The notes: a model not told the origin generated them from the letters alone. 64,000 nucleotides of DNA from Tubiluchus corallicola (GCA_030141605.1 JAQGDQ010000877.1:1-64000); one strand, 5' to 3'. Counted from the first letter of the stretch, positions 23,947 through 38,150 are shown. Numbers and translations: made by a program.

Positions 23947-26900
23947 ATGTCTAGCTCTGATTCCGAAGCTGAAAACAACAACAAGACTGTGAAACGACGG
24001 CGAGTTTGTCGCAAGGTAGCAACCAAGTCGACGGTCTCCGTAAAGCCACTCGGCATAGATGTAGCTAGCATCTACGGCAGTAGTGTTCGCAATTATTGCA
24101 AACAGAAGGACGGCATTGGTCAACTAGAGGCGGAAAACACACCAAATGACGTTAAAACCGGAGAAGAAATAGACAGTGCCATTTGGGACAGTAAAAGGAA
24201 ATCCAGGAGGAAAAAAGTACTTGCTGATGTTCCCTTGAAACCTGTTCAGAAGTCGCTGTCAGTTAGCTCGAGTAGCAGCGACGATGATTATGACGTTGAA
24301 GTTGAAAAAACGTGAGTAAATTTTCTTATAATTTGTTTACCTCTTTCAGGACCGTAAATGATTGCTGCATTTTGCACAGGTTCATGAAGTACTGCTCTCA
24401 CTAAGTACCGATTACATTATATTTTATAATTTTTATACTTTTCTACTCCTCACACTATAGATTTTCATGCAAAATTATATATGAAAGCCATTTGCTTACT
24501 GTAGACAAATCAAACCTCAGTTTATGACGAAACAATTTAAATAAAGCTTTCAGTAATTGCAGTGTTTGCACGGTAACAATGTACAGAACGACTTGTGTGA
24601 AATTAGCCAATGTAGAAAATTTCAACTATCCAGACACAACACTCTGATACACTTTGGCCAAATTCCTGTTAAAAGTTAAATGACTTTAATTTCTCCTTGG
24701 CTGATCGGTTGGCTTTTCCTGAAACTCTGTACAACGGACGGTTCTCTTGGGCGGTGACAAGCACGCAATGATTAACTATGTGTGTACAATCATGCAAGTG
24801 TACACCAGACTAAGCTACTCAATAAGCTAATTTCGAGTGCCTGAAATGGGCGTGCTCTTCTTAATTTTATCCAACTATAAGTGTTTAAGCAAATAGCGCG
24901 ATTGGATAGCCAGTTTCCTTTGAATAGAACAGTATCTAAATTCTAATCATTTAGTTATGTCTGTGCTCATACAGTATCAGAAAAGTCATAGGCCTTATAA
25001 GCTATTTTTGACTGATACAGTCCTGAGGGAGTTAAAGAACAAGACCATAGCTCAGAATATCTTCCTCTAAATTGCCTCACGTTCACTTCATGAATAGCAC
25101 TAGGTAAAACTTGAACATTTCAACTCCAACGTTAATTGCTAAATGTAGCCATTTTAATAATTGACTTATTTAGTACAGTGGTAACTAGGGTTAGCATACA
25201 TCCGGGTTTCCCCGGACACGTCCTCTGTCCGGGCGGGTTTTCAAAAAATCGGCATTTTGTCCGGGTTTTGCCTCAATTCGTAAGTATGTACGAACGTTGC
25301 CAACTGCAGAGGCGTCCGACAGTACGAGACAAAGAAAAGCTCAATAATTTTCAATAGAAGATGTTGCTAACATCTCAAAATGAAACCCTTGTAAAAACTT
25401 TGTGTACATATTTACTGAACAAAAGTAAGCAAAGTAAGCACATCACTATGGGTCACATGACTCACACCGCATTTGCATTTGCATTGTTTTAATAGACCCC
25501 AGACTGGTCATTTTTGCCTACTTACAAGTGTCCGAAAAAGTGCCCTCTTTTTCAGCTCAGACAATATGGTAACCCTAGTGATAACTTAAAAGAGTTCTGT
25601 TAGCACATTTCAGACTCGGTTAATAAAATAAAGTTAATATAAGCAAATCATTGGTTTTGGTAGGAAAGAATGGACTACAAACGTTATTTTGTAACAAAGT
25701 ATTAGCCATTTCTTCCTTTCTAACCTGAGCCATCATTTAAGAGTATGTTGACCGAAATTTCGAAAAGTTACAAGTGATGATTGGAATAAATTTGTGTTCT
25801 AAAATGCAACTTCATCTCAAAATTACGTAACGGTAAAGGTGAAAAAGAGCGTTTAGCATTAGAAAAGCACTCAAGTTACGAACGAAAGTACTCAAGTTTT
25901 TGGTACGTTGTCTGTAAGATTGATTGTTATGCGGTAAGTTATACCTAGTTAATATTAATTTTAATTAATTAATTATGCCCTTTAAAATTTTTATTCATCA
26001 AAGAGTTTTACTTAAAGCTTGACACATTTTCACACTTTCTGAAATTTGCATTGTTTAGCTGTTAAAATGGTTCGCATTGATGAAAGTGTATTCAACAATG
26101 TAAGATATTTCGCTTAATGAAGATAATATGTCCCATCATAAGGTCCTAAGGTGGCATTAAATAAAATCACAGATCTATAGAAATAGTGATAGGGATGTGG
26201 TATAGTTGTATCTCACTGAAAAAAATCACCAACATTTGGCCTGTAACATTCAGTGTTTTGTTAATTTCTGCTACATGGTGCCAGCTTTTTTACTTTCAGG
26301 TCGTCCGTCAGGACAAATCGGTCTCCCACTCCACCTCCGATGGACGTCGCAAGACGACGACCAAAGAGAAGACTGAACAGAAGTACAAAGAAATTGCTTA
26401 GGTAAGGGTTGTTTTTATACAAATTTTTATTACTGAAATTTGTATTTCTAATGCACTTGTTGTAAAAAAATTACTTGCAAGGCAAGGGTTTTACTTCCAA
26501 GCACTTATTGACGATGATGATTTTAGTGTGGCGCATGTCATTACCATGTTGTGTTTAGTACAGTGAGATATTGTGCCAAAAACAAATACATTTCATATTT
26601 TAAAACTGCTAAATTTGTGTTTGCTACATTGCTGTCTTGAGGTGGCTTTCATGCAGATAATACTAAACCTTAAAACTTGTGAATATTTGTCACTTTGACT
26701 ACAGCTAGAAGCAAATATAAGTGGTCTAGCAATTGTAGTTCTAGAGCCTAAGAAACTAGATATGAAAATTTGAAATATGAATTAGTGAACTAGGTATGAA
26801 GTCTAGCTTAAAGCTAATATTACACGCAACAAATGCACACTCTATGGAGCCATAAAATTTAATCTATGTGCAATATAAAAAAATTATTAGCCAACTATTA

Positions 26901-29900
26901 TTGTAACTTAAGCCATAGGCTGTTAAAAGGATTGCATTCCCTGAACTTGTGAGATATTAACTCTCAGACATTACATGGAGACACCTTTTACAAAACACAT
27001 TAACAGTCATAGATCAACAATGAAATATAAAGAAACTAACAAACTAACTTTTATCGTTATCGCAAAACAGAACCCAATCTTAAGCTGTAGGTCAAAACAA
27101 TCTACTCTTTAATACATTGAAAGGAAACATACTATTTTTTCAAGAATGACTTACGTGAAAGAATTATTACCTCATATTAAAAAATTATTAGCCAACTATT
27201 GTCACACTTTAAGCCATAGGCTATTAAAAGGATTGCGTTCCCTGAACTTCTGAGTATAGACTTAGTTATTGCCAGTCATGATCGTAATATTGCAGGTTAG
27301 TGTCCTTCTAGGTTGAAATTTCGTAGTCAATACAATTTCGTACATAACAACTATCAAGTCTCTTGTTTTGTAACTAATAAGTAAGTGAATACTGTAAATT
27401 CATATTTTTAGAGTTTTGATTTTGTTTTCACTTAGCCTTAAGGTAAGACTCCATGTGCGCGTAATGCGCGATGCGTATACAACAATTTGCATTTAAAAAC
27501 GTGGAAGTGTTTCCGTGCATACGTAATGCATAATTTTGAATGCATGATCCATATTCACTAGAACACGATGGCTATCGTCTTAGCTTTAGTTTAATACCCA
27601 ATCAAAATAGCGTTTGTTTTTCGCAAACTTAAGTTATCATTTCGCAATTTTAAGTTGTCCGAGGTAGGAACGTGTACTTGTCTAAGAAATATTTGACTTC
27701 TTTTACAAGCTTACCTTAAATTTAATGAAAAATATTTTATAACTGTGTTATAAAACTGCAGGTAGTTTTTTCAAGTAGGTTTTTCCAGAAAATTTTCTAA
27801 TCCCGATGTCATTTTTTCTTTTCATTTTCTTGATTTCGGAGATTCTCTTCATGTGCAGTACAAGATTCTTAAATGTGCTCTGTTGGTTTTGTTTTGTAAT
27901 TTTGTAAGTTTACCACTTTAATTCAACAAGTTAACTAAATACTATAAACTGCGAAGCTTCAAAATCTTCATGCGAGAAATTTCATGAACAATTTTTCGTA
28001 CGTGAATAAAGATATTGGTGCCCTAGACTGAAGACACGTGAATAGATCTTACGTATCAACAATAACTTTTAATTTTTCTAGTTTTTTGAGTACTTTGTTG
28101 TACTTATAATATTGTTAAGTTTCACACTTATGTGTGACTCTTCCTACATTTAAGGACTATGTAAAAAGGGAAAACTAATTGATGTGTAATTTATTTATAT
28201 AATTTGTAGCCGAGTGGACACTGCGGTAGCTACGGCAAGGATTGCCAGTTTTGTCACGCAGTCGCAATACGACTCGAGCTTTAATGACAGCAGTAATGTT
28301 ATATGTGTAGATAGTAACGAGGAGGATGAGAATATCGATGTAAAATTTCGAGTTAGCGGCGCTGTGAAGCGTTACACGATGACAAAGGTTTGTCTTCAGA
28401 AGTTCATTTCACCTCTGATCAATTTTACTTGCATGTATGTTTTTATATTGTTTTGTGCGTTGCAAGCTGGGATCAAGCACTCAGTGGCATGACCTACTTA
28501 ATGAATGTGATTGCGGCAAGACCAGTACCTACCTATTCATCAAAGATGAGGCACTGGTGCAGCAGGAGTGTCTTGGCCAGTTCGTGTGTACGTCTGCCCT
28601 TAGCTTGACGAATTGCTGATGGCATTATTGCAAACTGAATGGTTATGGTGGAACAACTGAAGTTAAGCAATACTTGGTTCTTACATGATGAGTGGATGAC
28701 TACCTGGAAAACTGCCATGGTAGCTGCTGGTTTAGTCCATCTGATTAAGCCTGGATATATACATATGTATGTATGTATGTGGCTATATCATCTTTGGTGA
28801 GAAGACCATCACTATAATGAAAATGTTCCATCTATGCCTGAACCATCTGTGTTTCATCGACTCTGCTGTTGATTCATGGATCACATCTTGTGGTGCACTG
28901 AACTATATAAAAACGATACATAAGTGGGCAGAAGAACTTAATTTATAAAAAAATCCAAGAGTTATTAACATCAAAGGAAGATTTAAGAACTTTAAAGTGG
29001 GTGCAAATGCCTGGTTCCTCTCCTGAGTGCATACAAATTTCTGTCCTTTTCTCAGTAGTTGTAAAAGTGGCTTTTCGATAACTAATATTTCCTTACATAG
29101 GTTGTGTAGTTGTAATTAATATCAACATTAATTTTCCTATTTTAGTATATCTAAGTACTGCGCTAAGCAAGATTTACCATATATACCTGTGTACAAGTCG
29201 ACCTTATGTGCAAGTCGATGTGCATTTTAAGACCAAAAATTGCATCATTTTATATATTACCTGTGTACAAGTCGACAATAAAATATTAACATTAATCTTG
29301 TGGTTCATCACCTTCCCTTTTGAAGAAAAGATAATAATTTACTTAAATTAATACCTCTGCGTAGTTGTGTTTTATATACACGTGTATATTGCTAATCGAT
29401 ATTTTGCCAATAATACACACATATACAAGCCGACAGGCGGCAGCACCTGCACAACATTGGCGGTTTCCATGTTCTGATCTAGTGCTCCGTCGCTAGTTTA
29501 TTTATCAGTAATATATAAATTTTAACTTAATTTCACTTACATTAAAATAAATTACAGTAATATTTGTTAATTTTGTGAAGTAATGTCAAGATGCGAACAT
29601 TCTCTGATGTGAAGTCCAGCATATAATGAAGGATTATTTCTTTACATATTCATATTGTAGACGACTCTTTAGCGTCATCTCCCAAAAACATATCGTAAGT
29701 ATAAGTCGACCCCAAAAATTTTACCTTGAAATCGCCTCCCAAAAATTCGACTTGTACATAAGTATATGCGGTAACTGCAAATTATTTGATGTGAATTAAA
29801 GGGTTAAAAGTATCACATATGTGGGGTGCATGTACAGGGTAGTTTTTGCTATTTTAGAGTGAACCATTTGAGAAAATCATCTGCAGGATAGCTGCTGAGA

Positions 29901-32203
29901 AAAATGTGGACGAAACTCGTGTCTTGCTGTCGTTAAACGACACGAATATTTCTCCTCGTGAAACGCCTGCTAGTCGTAATGTTACCATAGCTGATATTAT
30001 AGGTAAGCTTAGATACTAACAGCTTAAATACCAATCATATGAAAACCAAAGTATCTCTTCGTTATTTAAGCACTGTATAGTTTATTTGGACAAAAGCTGT
30101 TTGTATCTGTCCTTGAATGTTGCCATTTTATTCTCATAGAGGGAAATGATGTTGTTTGAAAACGATGCTAGAAACAATGAAGGAAGTCTTTATTGTGTGT
30201 AATGTAATGTATTTTTTTTAAGTAAGTCTTCCTTTAAGGATTCCCCATTTAGCAATGTTTTGTCTTAATGACGCACGTTTCACTTCAGCAATGATTTTTT
30301 GACTTTGCTCAAAGCAAATTTTTATTTCATCAGCAACAGTTTTACTTAATTTGATGCATTAAAACAGAACATATTTATTTTATTCTGTTGTAAAAATGCT
30401 CTAATAACGTAAACATTGTACACGTTTTTGTTCTCCCGACTGCCGACTAAATACCAGCTATTAATATCAAGTGAGACCTGCTGCTACAGCAGCTAGGCTA
30501 AGTGTCTAGGATGCTAGGATAGAATTCCCAAGGTAGCCCAGGCCTTGGCATTGACTGTGCAGTATTTATTAACTACTACCTACGTTTAAACACTAATGAA
30601 AGAGAATCCACTGTAACTAGGTGGTGGTGAGTAAGACATATAGGTGGTTTCAATTAAACAGAACGAAATTAATCTGTAGAAACACGAGTAAAACTTCTAA
30701 AATGTTTAATTAACATGAATTAACCGGCATTGATTTTTGCCTCTGGTATTCATTAATCTCATTTCTTTTACATGACTTTGTCTATGCACATCTTGGCTTC
30801 GTTTAGCATTGTTTCGCTTAATGTCGCATTTTGCTGGAGCGCATTAGCGTTGTTAAACGAGGACTTGCTGTATTTGGAGTTTTGTGCAGCTACTGACTTA
30901 TTTTATGAAGGTTTTTCCTTCAAATTGTGTGACTGTTTTGAGTTTTAAATTGAGTTCTTACCACCATAGTTTGTACATTTGCAGATTGTTACATTGTGAC
31001 ATCGTCAACTGTCAGGGAGGAAGCAGAACACATAATTCCACCTCAAGATCTTGTCAAGTTAAAAGTGCAGAGTAAAGGCATCAGGTCCGCTACTGAGATA
31101 TCATTAGGAAAGGTAAATTTGTGCGTTTTCATTCGCCGTGCTGATTCTGGCTGTTTACCTCGCAGCAAGAGGATGTATTCAGAACCGAGCGTGGCTATCG
31201 CAGCAAGAGGATGTATTCAGAACCGAGCGTGGCTATGCCTTGATAACTAATATGTGATGAGATTGATCTGGATTCTGACAAGCGAAATAAAAAATAAGGT
31301 GGAAAAGTCTGTACCTGTTTTGCATGAAATTCACAAAAAGTGGTTCAGTTTTAAATGGTATTAGTCAATAATTAAATTTTAAACGATGTTGACCAAATTG
31401 TCCGACTGGCTTGGAAGCTGATCATCTCATTTATGTACAAAGCAGGTAATAAGTGTAAGAAAATAGATTATTATTGTACCACTATTTGCTGACGTAAATT
31501 ACAGAGTACGTATATTATATCCGTGGTCACATAAGCCACTGCCTTGAGAACTGATCTGAAATTTGCAAGAAAGCGACATTTATGTTGTGTTACGCTTTCA
31601 GTTCATATTAGGCAGTGAAATAGTCAGAAGTGATTCCTGGAGATAACCAGAAAGTACTTCTTTGTACCTTTCTAAGAGGACTGTGACATTAATTGTGAAA
31701 GTAATTTTTCTTTCGTCATCATCATGAAATGATAAGTGTGGCACTGAGAAGTGATAGTAACTCCTGGCACTGAGAATTGAGAAGCACTGAGAATTGATGT
31801 AACTCCTGGCACTGAGAATTGATAGTAACTCCAAAGTGACTGAATGAAACACAACGAATGTTGCTATGCACATATGAAAGAGTTTACTCATTATATGGTA
31901 TCTAACTCTTTAGCTGCCGTATAATTTTAGAGGAAGAAATGTCTGTGAGCTGCTCCTCTTCTAAGTACCATCTGTTTTTTTTTGCAGTTCGAGTCGATGT
32001 CTAAGCTGATGATCAAATACTCCCAATTCTGCGGTATTTCTCCGGATAGAATCCGCTTTGAATTTGACGGCGATACCGTAGGTAAGAGCGACACGCCTTC
32101 TTCGTTAGACATGGATGACGGCGATTGTTTGGACGCTGTCATTAGATGTGAAGATTCAGCCAATGACCCGGAAGTGCGGGTAGTCTCGTGCCCTTTAGTG
32201 TGA
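23947..32203 (+). CDS. NFATC2IP: NFATC2-interacting protein / NIP45 (Rad60-Esc2-NIP45 family, tandem SUMO-like domains), 6 exons
   Basis: Exons 23947-24311, 26300-26401, 28210-28387, 29858-30002, 30985-31112, 31988-32203, phase-consistent. Low-complexity N-terminus with SPTPPP, SIM-like VICVDSNEEDE, SLD1 (IDVKFR...ETPASRNVTIADIIDC) and SLD2 (VKLKVQ...IRFEFDGDTVGKSDTPSSLDMDDGDCLDAV); no C-terminal diglycine. Confidence 0.88.
25186..25577. mobile_element. hAT-type MITE
   Basis: TIR tagggttagcata / tatggtaacccta; 8-bp target duplication gtggtaac / gtgataac; subterminal tccgg repeats. Confidence 0.8.
26872..27253. repeat. Dispersed direct repeat of about 80 bp, two copies about 300 bp apart
   Basis: aaaaaattattagccaactatt...aagccataggct...aaaaggattgc.ttccctgaactt at ~26875 and ~27177. 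Confidence 0.75.
29177..29771. mobile_element. pogo-type MITE (CCGTA-like termini)
   Basis: ta|ccatatatacctgtgtacaagtcga ... tcgacttgtacataagtatatgcgg|ta; repeated taagtcgac motif. Confidence 0.75.
30220..30870. mobile_element. Diverged copy of Tc1/mariner MITE family A
   Basis: Colinear with 9631-10358 along its length; ends gaggacttgctg|ta. Confidence 0.8.
31161..31236. repeat. Exact 38-bp tandem duplication
   Basis: cgcagcaagaggatgtattcagaaccgagcgtggctat twice in tandem. Confidence 0.9.
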
Positions 32204-32879
32204 CCGAACACTGTGCTGAAGAATTAGCTCTCTAGTGCCAATTTGTTATCAGTTTTATTATGTAATTCGATTAAAATTTTTTAATGAAAACGATATATTT
32301 AACAACAGCTACATAAATGAACAAATTTTAGAGTCTTGTGAGCATGTGCGTCGGTTAGTGGCGACGTTTCCAACAACGAAACACGACATTTGCAACCTTT
32401 TTTATGGTGTATTATTGGACTTATTTCAGCATGACTTTTGTCAGAAAATGTAATTTAATTTTATAATTAGTAACTCTGTGACCGAGTTATACCTGTAGTT
32501 TTACATATAATTGGTAATTAGAGAGATAGTTTGTAGAAGTGAGACGGTTTAGAAAAAATTGTGAGTACCATACGGACCCTGTGCACAGATTGTAACAGGA
32601 CTGTAGAGTAATTTATTCGTTGTTCACTTCATAACACTATCATAATTGCTTGATTAATGTGTATTGTTAATCAATTATTTACTACCTAGTAATGTTTTGC
32701 AGTATTACGGTCGATAGTTTTGAAGTTGTACCAAACTTTTTGCAAAGTCTTCCTCACTCATGAAGTTGTGATTAAGTGTTTTACTACTTTACTGGCTACT
32801 GAAAAGCGTCGTTATTAAGTATTATTCGTGTAAACTTCATGCGGCAGAAATTGTGCGTGTTTAATGCAGAAAACAGTTA

Positions 32880-32976
32880 CAGTCAAACCTACTTTATTTC
32901 ACCTACTGTAGGAATGCTAAAAATTGGTTTTAAACAAGTTAGGCATTATGGGAGGGGGTGTAACTAGGTTAGACTG
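32880..32976. mobile_element. Very short Tc1/mariner-type MITE
   Basis: ta|cagtcaaaccta ... taggttagactg|ta. Confidence 0.6.
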
Positions 32977-33034
32977 TAGTTCGCTTAATTTTTGAGTTTA
33001 TCATGCATGTGGTGTCATTAGTTGGCGACCTTAA

Positions 33035-33487
33035 CAGTGGCGGTTCGTGTATAGGTACTGTGGAACTGCAGCACCCATTTTTCTCTCTTTCTTTATACTG
33101 GTACGAAACCAGAGCACGTGCGGATAGTACTGCTTGCTTCACAGCCCAGCACAGTGCGCTCCAGCCAACGCGGTGTTAGACTGTTGTGTGCATGCGGCCA
33201 TACGCAGGTAGAGAAAGTACTACTGCTCACGCAGTTTGTTACCATTTGCCACGTGAATGGATCCAGCTTGAACTGTGCGACAATTTAGGCTGTTAGTAAA
33301 AAAAATATTTTTTTGCTTAGGATTTTATCAAGTTTAGGTATATACTTTCATATGTTTGTTTGTTTAATGTTACAACATTACAACATTAAAATTAGATATG
33401 TTTGTATTGTTTTGCATAGTATTGAAACAATAGTAAAGATTTTGGTGAAGCAGCACTGCCACTAATTTTAGCTACGAGCTGCCACTG
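33035..33487. mobile_element. hAT-type MITE
   Basis: TIR cagtggcggttcgt / acgagctgccactg; target duplication degenerate; its 3' part recurs, diverged, at ~46215-46377. Confidence 0.7.
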
Positions 33488-33821
33488 TTTCTTAAACAGG
33501 TTCAGTTGCATTTAACCAGCCCTTTGTGTAAAAAAATAATACAGACATTAAACTACATAATTGTGCAGTTTGTCTGATTACAAGAATTTCTCTACCATGA
33601 ATGAAATCTAGGTGCTAAATTTTTCTAGTCTATCTTAGCTCACAAACTTGTAACATTAGTATTGTATTTTATGTGCTATAAGCTTAGTCTAGCAGTATTT
33701 AACAAAATGTGTAACTCTTTTGACTTCCTTGTTAATACGTTTTTCACTTTGTTAAAAATTGTTCTGCTTTTGAACTGGTAAGACTGAGCAACACTTGTTC
33801 CTCTACGTTAGTAGACCTAGG

Positions 33822-34553
33822 CAGTGCTTAAAGTGTATTTATGGTAAGGGGTTCATGGCAAAGAGAACAAGAAACAGCTAGTAGGTCTGGAAGAGTGCCT
33901 CAGTGGGATCCAGGGCTTGTATTTTCCTTGATTTTAGGCTTTTGGGACCTTTAAAAGTCGAAAAATGGCAGTTTAGTAAGCAACTTTTCAATCGTTTTCG
34001 CTATTAAGGATACCAAATTGAAATGTTAATTCAAAAACAGCAATTTCTTTTTAATCAGTGAATTAAGTAATTTTCATCCACTGGCTTTTACACTTTACCC
34101 GGTATAAGTCTTGGCCTTGTCAAACCGTTTAACCGCGAGGAATCACTGAGCTAACAAAATACAGCAAGGTGCAGTAGCTCTAATTTACATGTTGATTTAC
34201 TTCTGCCAAAGACAATCACGTGACTCACGCCAACTGATTACAGCTAAACTTTGTTGTGCCTAACTTTTCAAGTCTAAAAGTAAAATAAGTTACTAGGCGA
34301 TAAAATTTGTTAACTCATTATACTACTTGTGCACAACTTCTCAATAAACGTTTTTCTTTTTTTCTGAAAAATTGCAACAAAAAATGAGGCACAGTTCAGA
34401 CCAGTACAGTTGACTGAAAGACGGAAATTGTACTACTAACATACGAAGACAGTTAAATGGTGAGAAAACTAAATATTCAGCCAACTGCGAGAGAATGTTT
34501 TTCTCTAGGTGCAGGGTCTGCGACCTTGAAAACCTGGCACACTTTAAGCACTG
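33822..34553. mobile_element. hAT-type MITE
   Basis: TIR cagtgcttaaagtgt / acactttaagcactg; 8-bp target duplication gacctagg / gatctagg. Confidence 0.85.
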
Positions 34554-35448
34554 GATCTAGGCATCCTAAGCATTAAATATGTTGTTTTTTATACCGGTAC
34601 TGCAAATTATATACTTGTACGGGTATTATTTGTACATACAAACACATATCAATTACTCGGTGTATGTAAAGTTTAAGTTGCTTTTTCCTTGCATTCTGGA
34701 TATGCAATAAAACGATTAGTAACATAAGTCTTATTTTGCATTTTATTCATTATAGAAAGTAAACAAATATGCACAATTTTACTTGTACATAACTATTTAC
34801 AAATAAAATACTTTAAATCAGCAAAAAAAAAACGTTGACAACAATTACTATAGCTGCACAGCAAACATTGAACCACAATGCGCCAAAAGCCCCCAAGCAC
34901 ATAAGTAACATCAAGTGAGATTCATTCGATGAGAAATTCGGGTTTTTAAAATGTTTAGTTACAACTGATTTGCCAAATCAACAACTTTGTGACAGTTCTG
35001 TATCACCAATCAAATTTCAACAAAATCCACTGTATCACCTAGATTTGGAAATATAGTATTTTTATGTCCTTTCATGAGTTATTTGCAAGAGAAAACTTAT
35101 TTGTATAACGTGAAATGAGTCAATAAACCGAAAGGACAAAAATCCCATTAAATGCAAATATCCAGTAAGATGTCAAATTTGTAAAGAACTTGTAAATTAG
35201 AACTTTATAAGGAAATTTATATGAGATTCCCAAAAAAAAAGTCGTTAAATATTAAGCAGCATTAACCAAATTGTCCGACTACAATAGCTATGAAGCGGAA
35301 CATGTAAGTTATATACAAAAGTAGTTAATAACAGTAAAAAAATTGATCATGTATCATCTGGCATGCCATGTTATCAGCTCATACTAGGCAATGAAATACC
35401 GACAAATAATCAAAAAAGCCTGTACAAATTGTGCAAGGCTTTCATTAA

Positions 35449-35982
35449 AGGAAAACCAGACGATTGTGTTAACATCAGTTCAGAATAAAGAATGCTCTAA
35501 AATATTGAAAACTACAATTGTTTTTTCTAAATCAAAGCTCTGATTAAATAATAATTACCTTGGATACTCAAATTTCGTTAAACTTTCAAAGCTATGCTTG
35601 GCTCAGTGAATTTACTAAGATTGGCAACGGCGCCTTTTTGTCACATGCGTGTGACCGACAAATAGAAGGCGCTAAGTATGATCATGAACTGCAGTGCTAG
35701 TTTCTGACGTCATATGACGTAGATCCGATTTCTGTAACATCACGCGTTTAAGCAGTAACACTTACGCAAATACTCTTGAAGTGCAAGGGAAGATATCTGC
35801 CATTGCACAAACTGTGGCTATTTCTGACGTAAGCAATAGCTGTGTTCGGTTGCCGTTAATTGACTTTCTAGGCCGATTATTCAAATATAAGAAACAATTG
35901 ATAACTTTTATAGCCAAGAAAATGTATATTTTGGACAATAAATTAAAATGAGATTGAGTCTGATCAATCGTCCGGTTTTGCT
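35449..35982. mobile_element. Kolobok-like non-autonomous element (TTAA target duplication)
   Basis: ttaa|aggaaaaccagacgattg ... caatcgtccggttttgct|ttaa, a 16/18 inverted match starting with purines. Confidence 0.7.
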
Positions 35983-36543
35983 TTAAACACATCAAAGATG
36001 GCCTGCATTTCTATACCAGAGATTCTGATAAAAAACAATAAAAACATTGTATGTTATCTGCATCGTGTACAAATTAAGAACGAGCTATACTGTTAATATA
36101 CTACAGCATAAGATTTCACATACAAAGATAAAAACGTTATAGGCACTAAAATTTTACTAGCAAATTTAAAACAAACAAACAATGAGATTGAAACGGGGAT
36201 TCTTCCTAAAACTTGCAGCTAGTTGTCACAGGCACATGGTTAAGCATTTCAGTTGAACTTAAACAGGGTACAATCAGACAAGCAAAACTAGAGACGCAAA
36301 GCCTAAAGTTTTCACATCCATCAAACATCGATTTTCTCAAATTTCATAAGAACAAACCACCTTTGTCATACCGTATAAATTAAATATGTTACGATTAAGC
36401 CACCCGCAATGCTTGCGAGATTTTTGCATCTGTCGACTTTAACGTATGCTTAGCCTGTCAATTTTGCAGAAGTGTAACACGGCTATTTTTGGATATAGTG
36501 AAATCAAGCCAAGGAATAAAAAATTTATAAATAAAAGACTTAC

Positions 36544-37025
36544 CCGTATTTTCCCGTGTATAAGAGACCCTTTTTTGCTCAGAATTTTCACTTTAAAAAT
36601 AGGGGGTCTCTTATACATGGGAGTAAGTCTTTTCAATAAGATGCATAAATTGTGACACTAATGATTTTAAAGAAATAAGTGCTCTACAACTGTTTTATTT
36701 CGAATAATTATAGTTTCCTTTCAATAAATCTTCTCCATGGCTAAATTCTAATGATAAAATTATGTACCGGGTAAGTTATTATTTTTTTTAATGTCAAAAG
36801 AGGACAATGCCATTTTTGAGCAGAGTGACTCCTCTGATGATGAACTGGCTGGAATTGCTGAAGGTCTGACTCCAGTTGATATTTTTGATGAGAGTGATGA
36901 GGAATTTAATGATTTCTATGATGAATAAAGTTATTCATTACCAAAAAACTTTTTTCCAGAATTTTTGCCTAAAAATTGAAGGGCTCTCTTATACACAAGG
37001 GTCTCTTATACATGGGAAAATACGG
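36544..37025 (+). mobile_element. pogo-type internally deleted element retaining the acidic transposase C-terminal tail
   Basis: TIR ccgtattttcccgtgtataagagaccc / gggtctcttatacatgggaaaatacgg; internal ORF 36791-36928 MSKEDNAIFEQSDSSDDE...DESDEEFNDFYDE*. Confidence 0.85.
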
Positions 37026-38150
37026 TATATGTATGTAGCATAAACAAAATTAACGGAAAGAGTATTGAGTTGTAAAGTTTACCATGCTGGCTGCTGCCAG
37101 AATATGTTCTAGATACTGTTTAAACTTAGAAATTACATACAAGTACAAGTTTTTCTATATAATGATTTACATCGCAATGGTACTATACAACAGTACGTAG
37201 TGCACACAGAACGACAAAGAATAATAAATTACGTCTATGCTAAGTTCATCAACGCAGTGCATTTTATGTTCACAGAGTGTTGCACATATATAAATAATAC
37301 TTCAAAATAGCAAAAAATGATTAAAATATTCGTTACGCTTACAAAGTTTATGTGTTAAGGAATGATGCCTGTATAATCACAATATCAGTAAAACGTAGGC
37401 TAATTAAAACCGCTTTGCCAACACAAACAAAGCCTCTAATATACAGAGGCAGAGTATAAATACATACATATAGCATGTTCCAATAATTTTGCTTTTGCCA
37501 AATGCTGTTTTAGTTTCACTGATGAATTTCTGTCGCCGAATTTAAATAAAAATGTGCAAAAATTTTGAATACTGATTAAAATTCTAATGATACTGAAATC
37601 GCCTACTAATAGTATTCATTCTGCTAATTATTACTTAACAGTATCTCAAAAATGTATATTAAGACTGCACGCTTACTGTGACCTCCCAATGTGATTTTTT
37701 TTTATAAATGACAAGACAACAGGTACACAGAGTGTAAAAGTCGCTATATGCTAAGCTGCTAACTTATACAGTAAAGGCAAACACGTAAAGAGTATAAAAT
37801 TTCTATATCTATGTGACCTGCAGTCTAAAAATACAACTAGAAACAAAAGAAAGAAATGCCGACACGCGATGCACAGAAAACACTAAAACACTACCTTACA
37901 TTTACCATTCAGTACATTGTACGAACCCTATCTTGTGCAAAAAAGGAACTGCGACAATGTGCATCTAAAATGTGTTATTGCAAGACGTCACAGGAGCCTT
38001 CTAACCTTTCAGAAGAGCAACTTCTACTGCATATCACATTTTTTCGATTTCGAATGTTACATTTAACTACAGAAGTAAAATTATAAATAACGAATTCATT
38101 AGCTATCTTAATTACTAATTTTTCCCTTGTCAATCACAGCTGAGTATGTT

